Shown here: one piece after another, positions 1 to 9,379 of the stretch
Position numbering within the stretch: the first letter of the stretch is position 1
How the letters are laid out: each line of letters begins with the position of its first letter
NCBI GenBank assembly: GCA_007376285.1
Contig: VMFZ01000002.1
Location: forward strand, 1 to 52,042
Length of the DNA: 52,042 nucleotides
From: Parcubacteria group bacterium Gr01-1014_17
Lineage (GTDB): Bacteria > Patescibacteriota > Minisyncoccia > Phycocordibacterales > UBA10002
Direction of reading: 5' to 3'
Program-made: the position numbers and the translations under genes
Notes under the pieces: generated by a model
The model's database searches: none
What the model was told of the DNA's origin: nothing
The model's input: the letters and a program-made list of their open reading frames with translations, nothing else

Positions 1-99
1 CTCCTTCACCTCTGGGGCGGTACGATGTTTTTTCATATGCTTGTATATTAGCGCTGCTAATTATACAAGGTTAGTGTATGAAATTTGGGGGACGGGCCA
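1..99 (-). mobile_element. Left end of a probable IS3-family insertion sequence (continues beyond the window)
   Basis: Minus strand from 99 reads TGGCCCGTCCCCCAAATTTCATACACTAA, a TG-start end resembling IS3 IRs. An ORF starts at 36 (MKKHRTAPEVKE..) resembling OrfA HTH N-termini. The end coincides with the point where the kinase gene loses homology. Confidence 0.6.
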
Positions 100-799
100 C
101 CTTCTCATCAATGCTTTCCTTTAATTTCAAGGTAAGGAAATAGATTGAGTTCCTGATAACCCCTAAAGGGTTTTTAATCTCATGAGCCATGATACCGGCT
201 AGTTTGCCAATGGTAGCCAATTTTTCGGTGCGAGCTAGCTTATCGGTCGTCACCGCCAGCTTGCGCCTGACATCTTCCTTTTCCTCGGCTATTATCGCCA
301 ACTTTTTCTCAATCTCCTTTCTGGCAGTAATGTCTTCTATGGCCAGTAAGATTAACTCTTCTTCTTCTTCTTCTTCTTCTTCTTTTGTGATTAATACCGC
401 AATCTTTTTTGGAATCCGTAGCTGACGGGCGTTCAGATTCATAATTCGGTGTCCGATGGTCTTAAACTCATGCTCAACTTCGTAATTTATTACGACCGTT
501 TTTTGGGGTAAGATTTCTTCCAACAGGTGGATTAATGGGGGGATGTTCCATTGCCCATTGCCCAAATGAGGAAGTAATTGGCCTATTGTCTCTTTTTCGG
601 TAATCTTGAAAGTGGTACAGAAAGATTGGTTGGCAGAAACAACCCGCAAATTTCTATTAATCACCAAAAACGGCTCTCGTAATGTAGCAATGATACTGTT
701 CGTATACTTCAAAGCTACCTCAACTGCCTTTTCCTTGGCTAAAGATTTGCGCTTGAGCGCCGTTTTATCTGATGCGGAAATAATAGTTTTTTTGTTCAT
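71..799 (-). pseudogene. PAS-domain sensor histidine kinase, truncated after HisKA
   Basis: PAS-like region (REPFLVINRNLRVVSANQSF...LLAIEDIT), coiled coil and H-box (LAGIMAHEIKNPLGVI); no HATPase domain; the last ~8 aa are read from the putative IS end. Confidence 0.75.
356..382. repeat. (GAA)8GAG trinucleotide tract encoding Glu9
   Basis: ctc(ttc)8 on the + strand. Confidence 0.9.
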
Positions 800-987
800 A
801 TTTCCAAATTAAAAAACCGCTGCAAAAAGATTGCAACGGGGTCTCCGCCTTTGACAAGTCGAATTGAAAAAAGTTATCCAGGCGAGAAAGTACTCTCTCT
901 CTCTCTATTCAAAAATGTGAGGGGTGTTTGCATAAGCACTATTATTGTAACATAGAGGAACAGGACAAGTTATTCACAGTCCGCCCA

Positions 988-1016
988 TTGACTTTTTATA
1001 TGCCATTCGTTAATCT
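988..1016 (+). promoter_or_regulatory. Sigma70-like promoter facing the NYN gene 3' end
   Basis: TTGACT-17 nt-TAATCT. Confidence 0.5.
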
Positions 1017-1021
1017 ATCAA

Positions 1022-1094
1022 CACATCTGGCAGTAGTGCCAAATGACATCAACTGCGGAGTCCCGAGCCGAAAGGCTCGGGACTCTTTGCTTTT
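1022..1094 (+). ncRNA. Putative ~70-nt small RNA antisense to the NYN gene end
   Basis: Upstream promoter; hairpin tggca-gtag-tgcca; 12-bp stem gagtcccgagcc-GAAA-ggctcgggactc followed by tttgctttt. Confidence 0.4.
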
Positions 1095-1687
1095 GGGCTC
1101 ACTTTCATAAACAGCGTGCGGAAATTAGCAACATCAAAATAGTGCGACAAGACGGGAGGCAATTCCTTTGCGACATGACCTGACCGAGAAAAACCAATAA
1201 CTATCTTGCCGTTTCCGCGTAAAAACTTTACCAAATACTCAAAATCGCAATCCCCAGAAAACAGAATCAGGGTGTCAAAATCTCCCATAGAAAATGTGGC
1301 ATCAACGGCAATCTCAACATCAAAATTTGCTTTGCGGTGCGGAACTTTTATCGTGTGATCTTCATACTCCTTGAGCGGTTTCGTAACAAGCTTGAATTTC
1401 AGTCCCTTGTCCAGAAAATATCTAAATCTGTGATGCCCCTCGCCGTCAAATGCCGCTGTGTAAAAGCGCACACTTTTGAAATCGCCAATGGTCTTAAAAA
1501 AATTATTAATCTTTTGATAATCAACTGACCATCTCAAGACATCAGCAGTCAAATGTTTCAAATCTTCCGGCACTTCATCCGACCGCACGAACATACTCTT
1601 GACCGATTGCTCAAGATTGGCGGCGTCAATATACACAACCACCTTGCCTTTAACCGCAGCTTTTAGCTTTGATTCATACTCATTCAT
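1049..1687 (-). CDS. NYN domain (LabA/DUF88, PIN-like) putative ribonuclease
   Basis: VYIDAANL, KANFDVEIAVD and LFSGDCDF acidic motifs. Confidence 0.9.
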   Translation of the reverse strand: MNEYESKLKAAVKGKVVVYIDAANLEQSVKSMFVRSDEVPEDLKHLTADVLRWSVDYQKINNFFKTIGDFKSVRFYTAAFDGEGHHRFRYFLDKGLKFKLVTKPLKEYEDHTIKVPHRKANFDVEIAVDATFSMGDFDTLILFSGDCDFEYLVKFLRGNGKIVIGFSRSGHVAKELPPVLSHYFDVANFRTLFMKVSPKAKSPEPFGSGLRS

Positions 1688-1815
1688 AATCTATACACTT
1701 AATATGATAATCAAAATCCTACCATTTTTAGACACGCAAAAACAGCCAACCCGTCATACGCTTTACGCTATGGAACCCTTCGCCCGAAGGGTCCTATACG
1801 CAATTCTCTACTTTT

Positions 1816-2166
1816 TTATTTCTTAATTAAATCTCCAGGAAAAGAATAAAGCGAAGGTTTTTTAATGATGGTCTTGTAAACATTTTCCAGAAAATCACCG
1901 CCGGCATAGCCAATCACAAAAGCCAAGGCCGGAGTGAGTTGCGGCAAGCCGAAAAATGTCAAACCCAATTCTTTAATCGTCATTGCACTTAAAACACCAA
2001 CGATACCGGAAATAAACATCATTCCCAAAAAATACGGCAATTTGAACGGAACACTTTTGTAGGAATATTGGTGCTTGATAAAACCAACCAAGCCCCTGAC
2101 TGCTCCGCCGCCAAATCCAGCAATTAAAATTGATACATAGATTGATTCAAACATAGTTTTGCGCAT
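1816..2166 (-). CDS. Small membrane protein with ~3 TM segments (start possibly at 2154)
   Basis: Hydrophobic Gly-rich segments; follows the Bro-N gene after 9 nt. Confidence 0.7.
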   Translation of the reverse strand: MRKTMFESIYVSILIAGFGGGAVRGLVGFIKHQYSYKSVPFKLPYFLGMMFISGIVGVLSAMTIKELGLTFFGLPQLTPALAFVIGYAGGDFLENVYKTIIKKPSLYSFPGDLIKK

Positions 2167-2175
2167 TGTATCACA

Positions 2176-3054
2176 TCATCTTGAAATGCTATCCACATCC
2201 AATCGTTTTTTACCTTCTGGATTTTTCAAAAAGTTTTTCTTTGATACCACCGACCGTCCGAGCCGCTTTTCCAGCTTCTTTCTTGCTCCGCCGGCAATAT
2301 CGCCGCCGGCTTTGGCGTCGGCTTTCAATTTTGGTACGCCTCTTGAATTTTCATTGCGATGAATTTCTGTTGTGGCGCGTTCGCCGAGCATATTGAAAAT
2401 CAATTCAAAATCATCCATATGATCACGCAGATTCTCCCGCTTAAGACCTTTAAGTTTTTTGTACTCGCTTGGCGTAACTCCGAATGACGCTTTAGAAATT
2501 TCAGCGGTCAAAATTTCATAATCTCTCTGCTCTTCCGCGCCACGCTTCTGCCACTCATCCGTCAGCTCCTCACGAATCGCAATCCCGCGCATTCGTTTTT
2601 CTATCCAATCCTCGCTATAGCCCTTCAGCTTATATAATGTCCTTGTCCGCTTAGTTGCCAATTCGGGGTTCTCAATTTCCTGCACTCTTTCGTAGCCAAC
2701 TTTTGCGAGCCATCTCTTGAACGGTTCGGCTTTTGGCGAAGGAATTGATTGGATAATGCGAAAAACGCCTTCAGTGTTGGCGCAGTCGGTTTCGTATTTT
2801 TTGCCATCAGAGGATTCTAATTTCAGTTGTTTACAAATTGTAAATAACTGAATTCCATCTTCACTGTTTACTCGAGCTTTCATTGCACTCCAATAAACAC
2901 TTGGTTTAGCACTATCGGTAAGCGCCTCAACGACATCCACAATTGAAAACCACCACTCATTGTTATGAAGGATTTTTCTGATCTGCTTGCCCTTAAATAA
3001 AGCAATCTTTGTCGTTTCAAGATTATTAATTGATTCGTTCACGCCATCAATCAT
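2176..3054 (-). CDS. Bro-N domain / phage antirepressor-like DNA-binding protein
   Basis: WWFSIVDVVEAL..YW, RIIQSIPSPKAEPFKRWLA and LRDHMDDFELIF are typical of the Bro-N family. Confidence 0.85.
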   Translation of the reverse strand: MIDGVNESINNLETTKIALFKGKQIRKILHNNEWWFSIVDVVEALTDSAKPSVYWSAMKARVNSEDGIQLFTICKQLKLESSDGKKYETDCANTEGVFRIIQSIPSPKAEPFKRWLAKVGYERVQEIENPELATKRTRTLYKLKGYSEDWIEKRMRGIAIREELTDEWQKRGAEEQRDYEILTAEISKASFGVTPSEYKKLKGLKRENLRDHMDDFELIFNMLGERATTEIHRNENSRGVPKLKADAKAGGDIAGGARKKLEKRLGRSVVSKKNFLKNPEGKKRLDVDSISR

Positions 3055-3108
3055 ACTACATCTTACTTTGCGTTTCTAAGATTTCTTCAATGGCGTAATG
3101 CGGGGTGT

Positions 3109-3507
3109 TTATTTCAACATCACCTTCCCGCCCGCCACTTCTACATCTTTTTTCAGTTTTTCGGCGTCCTCTTTCTTCATATTTTCTTTCAGAACTTTCG
3201 GCGCCGCGTCTACCAAGTCCTTTGCGTCTTTGAGGCCCATCGCGAGCGCCTCTTTTACCACTTTAATAACCGCAATTTTGTTGGCGCCGCTGTCGGTCAA
3301 TTCCACGGTAAAGGCAGTCTTTTCCTCAGCTCCGACGCCCCCTGGGGTCGGAGCCCCGACCGCAAGCGTCGGGGCCGACGCAGACACACCGAACTTTTTC
3401 TCCAAAGTCCTCACGAGCTCGTTCAAATCAACCACCGACATTTGCTCAACGGCGTCAATAATTGCCTTGAACTTTGCCGGTATCTCTATGTTCTTATTTT
3501 CTTCCAT
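3109..3507 (-). CDS. rplL: 50S ribosomal protein L7/L12
   Basis: LEKKFGVSA, EEKTAFTVEL, KIAVIKVVKE..MGLKDAKDLVD. Confidence 0.98.
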   Translation of the reverse strand: MEENKNIEIPAKFKAIIDAVEQMSVVDLNELVRTLEKKFGVSASAPTLAVGAPTPGGVGAEEKTAFTVELTDSGANKIAVIKVVKEALAMGLKDAKDLVDAAPKVLKENMKKEDAEKLKKDVEVAGGKVMLK

Positions 3508-3512
3508 AATAG

Positions 3513-4010
3513 TTATTTTTTAATTTTGCTAATTTCGCTTAATCCAATCACGAATCGCTGTATTGGCGAATTCACGATGTTGGCGAATTGCGCGAGGAGC
3601 GTCTCGCGCGAAGGTATGAGCGAGAGCGCGAGCGCGGTACTTTGCCCGATAAATGCGCCTTCAAAAATCCCGCCGATAAGCTCCACCGCCTTCTCAAACC
3701 TCTTCGTAAACAGCGCGACTTCGCGCGATGGCGCAAGTGTGTCGTGCGCACCTATTGCGTACGCAACCGCAACTTCACCCTCTAGTTCCGGTAATTCGCC
3801 GACCGTGTTCTTACTTTGGAGCGCTTTGCGGATGAGCGTCTTTTTCGCCACGAAATACCCGACACCTTTTTCTTTGAGCGTGCGGCGAAGCGTGTTTGCT
3901 TGCGCAACCGTGAGCTTTCCGAACTTCACAAACGCCGCACTCGGCGCCTTCGCGAAAATGTCGGTAAGCTTTTCTACAATCGCCTTCTTTTTTTCTTTGG
4001 TTATGGCCAT
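3513..4010 (-). CDS. rplJ: 50S ribosomal protein L10
   Basis: MAITKEKK start, VAKKTLI, IPSRETLLAQF; directly upstream of rplL. Confidence 0.95.
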   Translation of the reverse strand: MAITKEKKKAIVEKLTDIFAKAPSAAFVKFGKLTVAQANTLRRTLKEKGVGYFVAKKTLIRKALQSKNTVGELPELEGEVAVAYAIGAHDTLAPSREVALFTKRFEKAVELIGGIFEGAFIGQSTALALSLIPSRETLLAQFANIVNSPIQRFVIGLSEISKIKK

Positions 4011-4020
4011 GGCTCTGAGC

Positions 4021-4059
4021 CGGCACCCGATGTTGATAGGCGGCAAACATCGGGTGCCG
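4021..4059. repeat. 14-bp inverted repeat element (second copy inside ileS)
   Basis: cggcacccgatgtt-N11-aacatcgggtgccg. Confidence 0.85.
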
Positions 4060-4087
4060 AAAATTAAAAGGGCATATAGTAGATAGA

Positions 4088-4150
4088 GTTCGACCTCTCG
4101 GTAGGATCATTATAGATTTAACGCTTGCGCGTCCTACTGTCTCTGAAGCC
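4088..4150 (-). promoter_or_regulatory. L10 leader (ribosomal protein autoregulatory RNA)
   Basis: Minus strand cagAGACAGTAGG..TTAAA..CCTACCGAGagg upstream of rplJ matches the L10 leader pattern. Confidence 0.75.
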
Positions 4151-4174
4151 CTTACCAATAAGATAGCAAACAAG

Positions 4175-4342
4175 CTAAAAATCGTCAACAGGTGTGGCGC
4201 GCACTGAATCCGGCGTATTCTTTCCTTTTACTTCCACTTCATAGTACCCGACCGCGACAATTACGCTGAAACTTATAGCGAGCATCGCCGCAAAGCCAGC
4301 AAGAAATTTCCAAAATGAAGCATCCAAAAGCCCTCGTTCCAT
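4175..4342 (-). CDS. Small single-TM hypothetical protein
   Basis: MERGLL.. with one hydrophobic helix; TATAAT 6 nt before the ATG. Confidence 0.55.
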   Translation of the reverse strand: MERGLLDASFWKFLAGFAAMLAISFSVIVAVGYYEVEVKGKNTPDSVRATPVDDF

Positions 4343-4349
4343 GCGCAAA

Positions 4350-5066
4350 TTATAACACAGCATTTGAGCGTCGATACATCCGCCAAACGAGGCCTGCGAG
4401 TGCGGCGATAATGAGTAATGTGAGAATTAGAACTGGACGAAGAGGTTGATTATTTAATCCTGCGATTGCCGCGCTTTGCGCGGATGTAGTTGCCGTTGAA
4501 GAATCTACTTCGGGAGATGTAATTTGAGGCGCGTCGATTTCCGGTACAAGTTTTGCCTCTGATATGTTCAGAAGAGCCGGAACGGGTGCCGGAGGCGCGG
4601 CAATCGTAATCACGGCAGAACTCAAATCGTTCAACCGATTTGCGCTTTGCGTGTTGAGCAAAAGCGAGTCGTTTGAAACAGAAACCGTTGCCACGCCTGC
4701 CTGCGCAGGCAGGCCTGCCTGCTTTGCCTTAAAAACCAACGTCCCGAACTCTTTTATGCCCGTAAACCCACCAGGAAACCCAGCGGTTTTTACAATAATT
4801 CCATCTTTCATTTGGTCGTACCCCGGCTGTGCAAGTTGAACCGCATTTGGCGTTAATAAAAACGAAACCGGCTCCAACAAATCTTGCGGATACGATAATG
4901 CAGTTTTTACGGTTACGATTTTTTCATCTCCAGCATCTACCTTAATCACAAAAGAAATTGTTTCTCCTTGCGTAACAGATGCAGTTGCAGGAACAAAATT
5001 AATAGTTGCGGCAAAAGCCGGCAGAGCAAAAAACACGAGTGCAGAAAAAATGAGGAGTTTTTTCAT
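4350..5066 (-). CDS. Cohesin-domain surface protein with C-terminal membrane anchor
   Basis: Signal peptide; cohesin-like beta sandwich (GETISFVIKVD, LSYPQDLLE, FGTLVFKAK); C-terminal TM helix with basic tail. Confidence 0.75.
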   Translation of the reverse strand: MKKLLIFSALVFFALPAFAATINFVPATASVTQGETISFVIKVDAGDEKIVTVKTALSYPQDLLEPVSFLLTPNAVQLAQPGYDQMKDGIIVKTAGFPGGFTGIKEFGTLVFKAKQAGLPAQAGVATVSVSNDSLLLNTQSANRLNDLSSAVITIAAPPAPVPALLNISEAKLVPEIDAPQITSPEVDSSTATTSAQSAAIAGLNNQPLRPVLILTLLIIAALAGLVWRMYRRSNAVL

Positions 5067-5070
5067 AGTA

Positions 5071-6298
5071 TTATTTCCAATTAAGCATCAAGAGATTAAA
5101 ATCCAAAATGTCTACCGCGCTGTCGCGGTTCAAGTCAGCGCCAGTATAAAACGGCCCTGCTGACACAACTCCTCCCCACACCGCAAACAAAATATTGAAA
5201 TCAAAAATATCGGTGTTTCCATCTCCGTTCATATCGCCCACTGAAGACGGTACACCAAATCCAGCCGGTCCATTGCCCCTCAAACTCACCACCGTTGACT
5301 GTCCCGACTCAAGCGCGGCAAATGAAGTAAAGTGATAGGTATGCACCTTTGTATCGGCCCCATTTGAAATAGCACATTCGCCGGGGAAAACCGGTGCAGA
5401 CGGTGCGTCATAGGTGCCACCGCACCCGTTTGCAATCTGAACCCACGCAGTTGAACCAGATGACTTGTACCCTACCGTGCCAGTAACTCCTGATAACACG
5501 ACAGATACTGGCTTATCGAAAAGAAGCACGCCCGCTGACGAACCGACTTCAAAAATCGTGCCGCCGACTGAAAACCCGACGGGAGGTTCCCCAGAACGCG
5601 ACACGGCTTTTGGGGGTGCGATGGTTCCGTCCCAGCCCTTGAATCACGACTGCCTTGCCCACTGATACAGTTTGCCCACCGACAAAAATCGGAATACTTA
5701 AATCAACTGATACTAAATTGCCGTTAGTAAAAGCCGAAAGGTTCTTCACTGCGCCGCCTATAATAACCTGCCCCGCAGATGCGGTATTTACAGAGGCAGA
5801 TACATCAAGCGATGTGGTGTTGCTCAATTTCACGGAAGTTGCTTGATTCGGCAGTGCCGCAGAGCCAACGCCCACGGTCGTGAGTGCCGCGTTTTCGGTG
5901 CGTGCGTCAATCAAAGAAAGAAGATACGAAAATGACACTGCGGTTGACTCCGTACTGTTCGGATAGCACGAAATCGCTTTTATGGTCTGCGTTTTCTTCA
6001 CGGAAATTGGCACAGAATAAATTGCGCCGCTTGCGCATGTTGGCGTTGTGCCGTCTGTCGTGTAACGAATACTCGTGGAACTATCCGCGGAAAGTGCGAT
6101 GCTCTGCGCGGCGTTGTAGGTACCGGCAGACGGAATCGCGGACGGGGCGAACGCGACAAAACCGCTTTGCGCCGGCGCGCAGCCAGTGCTCGTTGCAGTC
6201 AAAGAAAGCGTGCATAAAATTTCAGATGCAAACGAATTAGTGCCCGATATAAGGAATAAGATTGCTATCGTCAGTATCACAAAAGAATTTTTTCTCAT
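5071..6298 (-). pseudogene. Secreted Fn3-associated/chitobiase C-terminal + dockerin protein, frameshifted near 5638
   Basis: 5' ORF has a signal peptide and IRYTTDGTTP. The reading continues in another frame (GWDGTIAPPK..) to a dockerin (GDMNGDGNTDIFDF..ADLNRDSAVDILDF). Confidence 0.75.
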
Positions 6299-6300
6299 AA

Positions 6301-8124
6301 TTATTGGGCGATAATAATCACTGAACCGGAAACGCCGGAACCATCGACTGCAATCGCACGAACCCGCATATTGCCTAAATCAATACTCGTCAATAAACCT
6401 GCCGAAGTAATCGTTCCTCCGCCGTCAAGACCGCCGACATTCTCGCCGCCCGGACAATTGTTGGTAACATTGTCGCATCCGATAATCCAACTCACGGACT
6501 TATTCGTCGCGTTTGCAGGCAACACGGCAACGCTCATTTGCAAAGTGCCGTTCAAAGAAATCGTAGTTGCGTTGTTTGCTCCAGTTACTGTAATACTTGT
6601 TACCAATACTTTCCGCACCTGAACAGTGCGCGTTGCGGTTGCGGTATTTCCAAGCGCGTCCGCCGCGGTATAGGTAATCGTATAATCGCCCTCCGCATTT
6701 ACATTGACCGAACCCGAAGAAACAACGGATACCGCTCCATCGCGGGTATCACTTGCCGTCGCGCCAGAATCAGTATAGGTGGTGCCAAAATCGTGCGTTA
6801 TGCTTGTGTTGCCGGTAATCGTAATCACTGGCGCAGTCGTATCCACGGTGATGGTCTTGCTGATATAGTCGTTAAACTCGTTGCCAGCCGCGTCTTTGAT
6901 ATGCACTTTTACACGATATACGCCATCTGTACGCACGCCTTGCGACACATCGCCAGTCCAAGTTTTGGCGCACGAAGAGCCGCCGTCTTCGCACCCAACT
7001 CCTGACTGGAAAATCTTGTACACAGATGCATCAATTTGTTTTTCAACTTTTACGGAAAGCCAATTCACCGGTTCGCTTGACGCAAGCGCAACCGCGACGG
7101 TAGTGGACGCGATATTCACCGCCACATCTTGAACAACGCCGTTCAATGAAAAACTAGTGAGAGATGGTACAATCTTATCAATATTTCCGACAGTGGCCGT
7201 GGTACTTCCGGTATTGCTAGCCACATCCGCAAATTGAAAAGTGAAACTGCCGTTGTTAGTAAAAGTGGTCGTGGTAGCGCCGCTATTGTTGGTAACGGTT
7301 ACTGGCTCACTTGGAGTAAGCGTCGCTGTTACATTCTGATTCGTGGGGGTCGTAGTGCTGTAGCCAATCGTTCCTGTGGGCGCAATCGTATCTTGTACCA
7401 CAACCGTTCTCGTCACAGTGGTGGCGGCATTTCCCGCCAAATCGGAAGCATTATAGGAAAGAGTGTAAGTGCCTATGCTCGCAACGGTCACGGTACCCGA
7501 CAATACAACACTGGAATTGATACTTCCGTCAATCGTATCGGACGCAGTCGCTCCCGCGTCAGTATAGGCAGTGCCGCGCTCAATGGTAACTGGTGAAGTA
7601 CCCAAGAGAGTGATAACGGGTGCCGTCGTGTCTGGAGTGGTCGAAATCCCGTAGTTTGTCGTGTACGAACCGCCTACTGAACCCATAGGAATACGCGCTT
7701 CAACAGTAATCTGAATCTGCCGTCCGGCGGTTGAAGTGCTCAAATCGAAAGCCGAGTTCGTACTCGGCAGTAAATTTATAACGCTTCCGTATGTATCAGC
7801 CGTAGCGACTGAAATCGCGCTTCCCACAGAAGCCGCATTTGACGATTGCGCCGAGTAAAACCGCACATTTCCGGCAACAGGAATTGTTCCGCTTGCGCTC
7901 GTCCAATTTCCAAATTTCATCTGCAACACTGGCTCATTTGACGGCACGGTTACGGAGAATACCCATTTCCATCCGTGCGCAAAGTCCCCATCCGCCTGGG
8001 CGTATGTTTTTTCCGCAGAAATTGTAGTTATTCCCAAAACCCCGTCAGCGTGCGCGAGGGGCGCAGAAAAACCAAGTACGAGAAAAACAAAAACAGGAAA
8101 CAAAAAAAGGAGATTACGGTTCAT
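6301..8124 (-). CDS. Secreted Ig-like repeat protein (two DUF5011-like repeats, C-terminal Big_2-like domain)
   Basis: Signal peptide; two DTTAPVIT..G..YTD.GATASD repeats; VLPANATNKSVSW. Confidence 0.85.
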   Translation of the reverse strand: MNRNLLFLFPVFVFLVLGFSAPLAHADGVLGITTISAEKTYAQADGDFAHGWKWVFSVTVPSNEPVLQMKFGNWTSASGTIPVAGNVRFYSAQSSNAASVGSAISVATADTYGSVINLLPSTNSAFDLSTSTAGRQIQITVEARIPMGSVGGSYTTNYGISTTPDTTAPVITLLGTSPVTIERGTAYTDAGATASDTIDGSINSSVVLSGTVTVASIGTYTLSYNASDLAGNAATTVTRTVVVQDTIAPTGTIGYSTTTPTNQNVTATLTPSEPVTVTNNSGATTTTFTNNGSFTFQFADVASNTGSTTATVGNIDKIVPSLTSFSLNGVVQDVAVNIASTTVAVALASSEPVNWLSVKVEKQIDASVYKIFQSGVGCEDGGSSCAKTWTGDVSQGVRTDGVYRVKVHIKDAAGNEFNDYISKTITVDTTAPVITITGNTSITHDFGTTYTDSGATASDTRDGAVSVVSSGSVNVNAEGDYTITYTAADALGNTATATRTVQVRKVLVTSITVTGANNATTISLNGTLQMSVAVLPANATNKSVSWIIGCDNVTNNCPGGENVGGLDGGGTITSAGLLTSIDLGNMRVRAIAVDGSGVSGSVIIIAQ

Positions 8125-8167
8125 GTACCGCCAATGCTACTCTCATTATTTTTGCTGTCAACTAATT

Positions 8168-9355
8168 TCAGTTGCCAAATACTTCTTGAAGTTTTGCGCG
8201 TGTTTTTGGCCCAAGATTCCCGTATCCAGCATCCCCAGAGCGGGCAACGCCATATTTCACCTGAAACTTCTGAATCGCCTTTGTGGTCAGAGAACCGAAA
8301 TACGAGGTCTCATTTCCAGGCGAACCAACCCCCGATTCCATAATGCGCGTGTCGGGGTCAGTATTAAGCAGTTGCTGGAGGCGCTTTACATCAGTACTGT
8401 TTGCCCCGATAGAAAGCGTTCTGGTAAATACCGCTGACACCGCTCCAGCCGTAGGAGTTGGAGTTGGAGTTGGAGTTGGAACAGGTGCCGCTTGTTCCAT
8501 TATTGAGGGAACGACACTCGCTATTTCTAACAACTTCGCCCGCGTTTTCGCGCCGACCAGCCCATATCCTGTCGTGTCTGGAGTCCCGGACGAAACAATG
8601 CCGTATTTTACTTGAAACTTCTGTACTGCTTTCTCTGTCAGTTTTCCGAAGCGGTTCGTCTCATATCCGGGAGAGCCATCTCCGCTTACAGCAATCGTAA
8701 TTCCAATTTTATTCAGAAGTTGCTGGAGTACTTTAACATCATTATTCGTGGCTCCAGAACGAAGCGCTTTAGAACTTGTGAATACAGGAGAAACGAGGGG
8801 CGCAACCGCTTGTGCGGGAAGTGCAGGCGGTACAACCACTGCGGGGATATTCACAACCGGTATTTTAATATTTTGCGCTACCGTAGATGGCGGTGTGGGG
8901 TTAATGAGTCCAGCCGGTGTGCTTCCGCCTCCGCCAGAAGAAGATGACGATGAACTAGGAACCGTGGCGCTGGTGGCGCTACTACCGCAAGCAGATGACT
9001 GTGGCGTAACGGTAATAATCGTTTCACTGCTGTCGGAAGAAGAAAACTTCAATATAGACGACGAACTACCGCATTCGTTGGTTGTAATGTATTGAACTGG
9101 AGCACTCGTCGTGAGTTGTTTTTTGTCAGTAGAGGTTACTTGAATAGACGAACCAGAACGGAGAGTAAAAAAGAAACGGTCGGAATTAACAGTAATGGAC
9201 TCTACCACAGCACTCGAACCCGACACACTTAAGTTAATACCTCCAGCAGTTATCACCACATCGGTAGTAAGCGTCACATCATCAAATACTGCAAAGCTTA
9301 TTGTTGGTGCAATGATAAGTAGCGCAAAGAGCAGTGTAAATAAGAATTTGTACAT
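8168..9355 (-). CDS. Secreted protein with two peptidoglycan-binding domains
   Basis: Two L..G....DVK.LQQLLN..GSPG.ET..FG.LT.KA.QKFQ repeats; Ser/Gly and Pro-Thr linkers. Confidence 0.88.
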   Translation of the reverse strand: MYKFLFTLLFALLIIAPTISFAVFDDVTLTTDVVITAGGINLSVSGSSAVVESITVNSDRFFFTLRSGSSIQVTSTDKKQLTTSAPVQYITTNECGSSSSILKFSSSDSSETIITVTPQSSACGSSATSATVPSSSSSSSGGGGSTPAGLINPTPPSTVAQNIKIPVVNIPAVVVPPALPAQAVAPLVSPVFTSSKALRSGATNNDVKVLQQLLNKIGITIAVSGDGSPGYETNRFGKLTEKAVQKFQVKYGIVSSGTPDTTGYGLVGAKTRAKLLEIASVVPSIMEQAAPVPTPTPTPTPTAGAVSAVFTRTLSIGANSTDVKRLQQLLNTDPDTRIMESGVGSPGNETSYFGSLTTKAIQKFQVKYGVARSGDAGYGNLGPKTRAKLQEVFGN

Positions 9356-9379
9356 AAATGACCCATAGTTTGCAAGAAG

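Noticed and set aside
893-906. (CT)7 dinucleotide tract
   Set aside because: Short and intergenic, with no evidence of function.
1049-3054. Prophage suggested by the Bro-N antirepressor
   Set aside because: No integrase, structural or replication phage genes nearby.
4011-4046. N-terminal extension of L10 given in the ORF track
   Set aside because: Derived from the palindromic element; MAITK at 4010 is the typical start.
8454-8480. (GGAGTT)4 tandem repeat
   Set aside because: Encodes an ordinary Pro-Thr linker.
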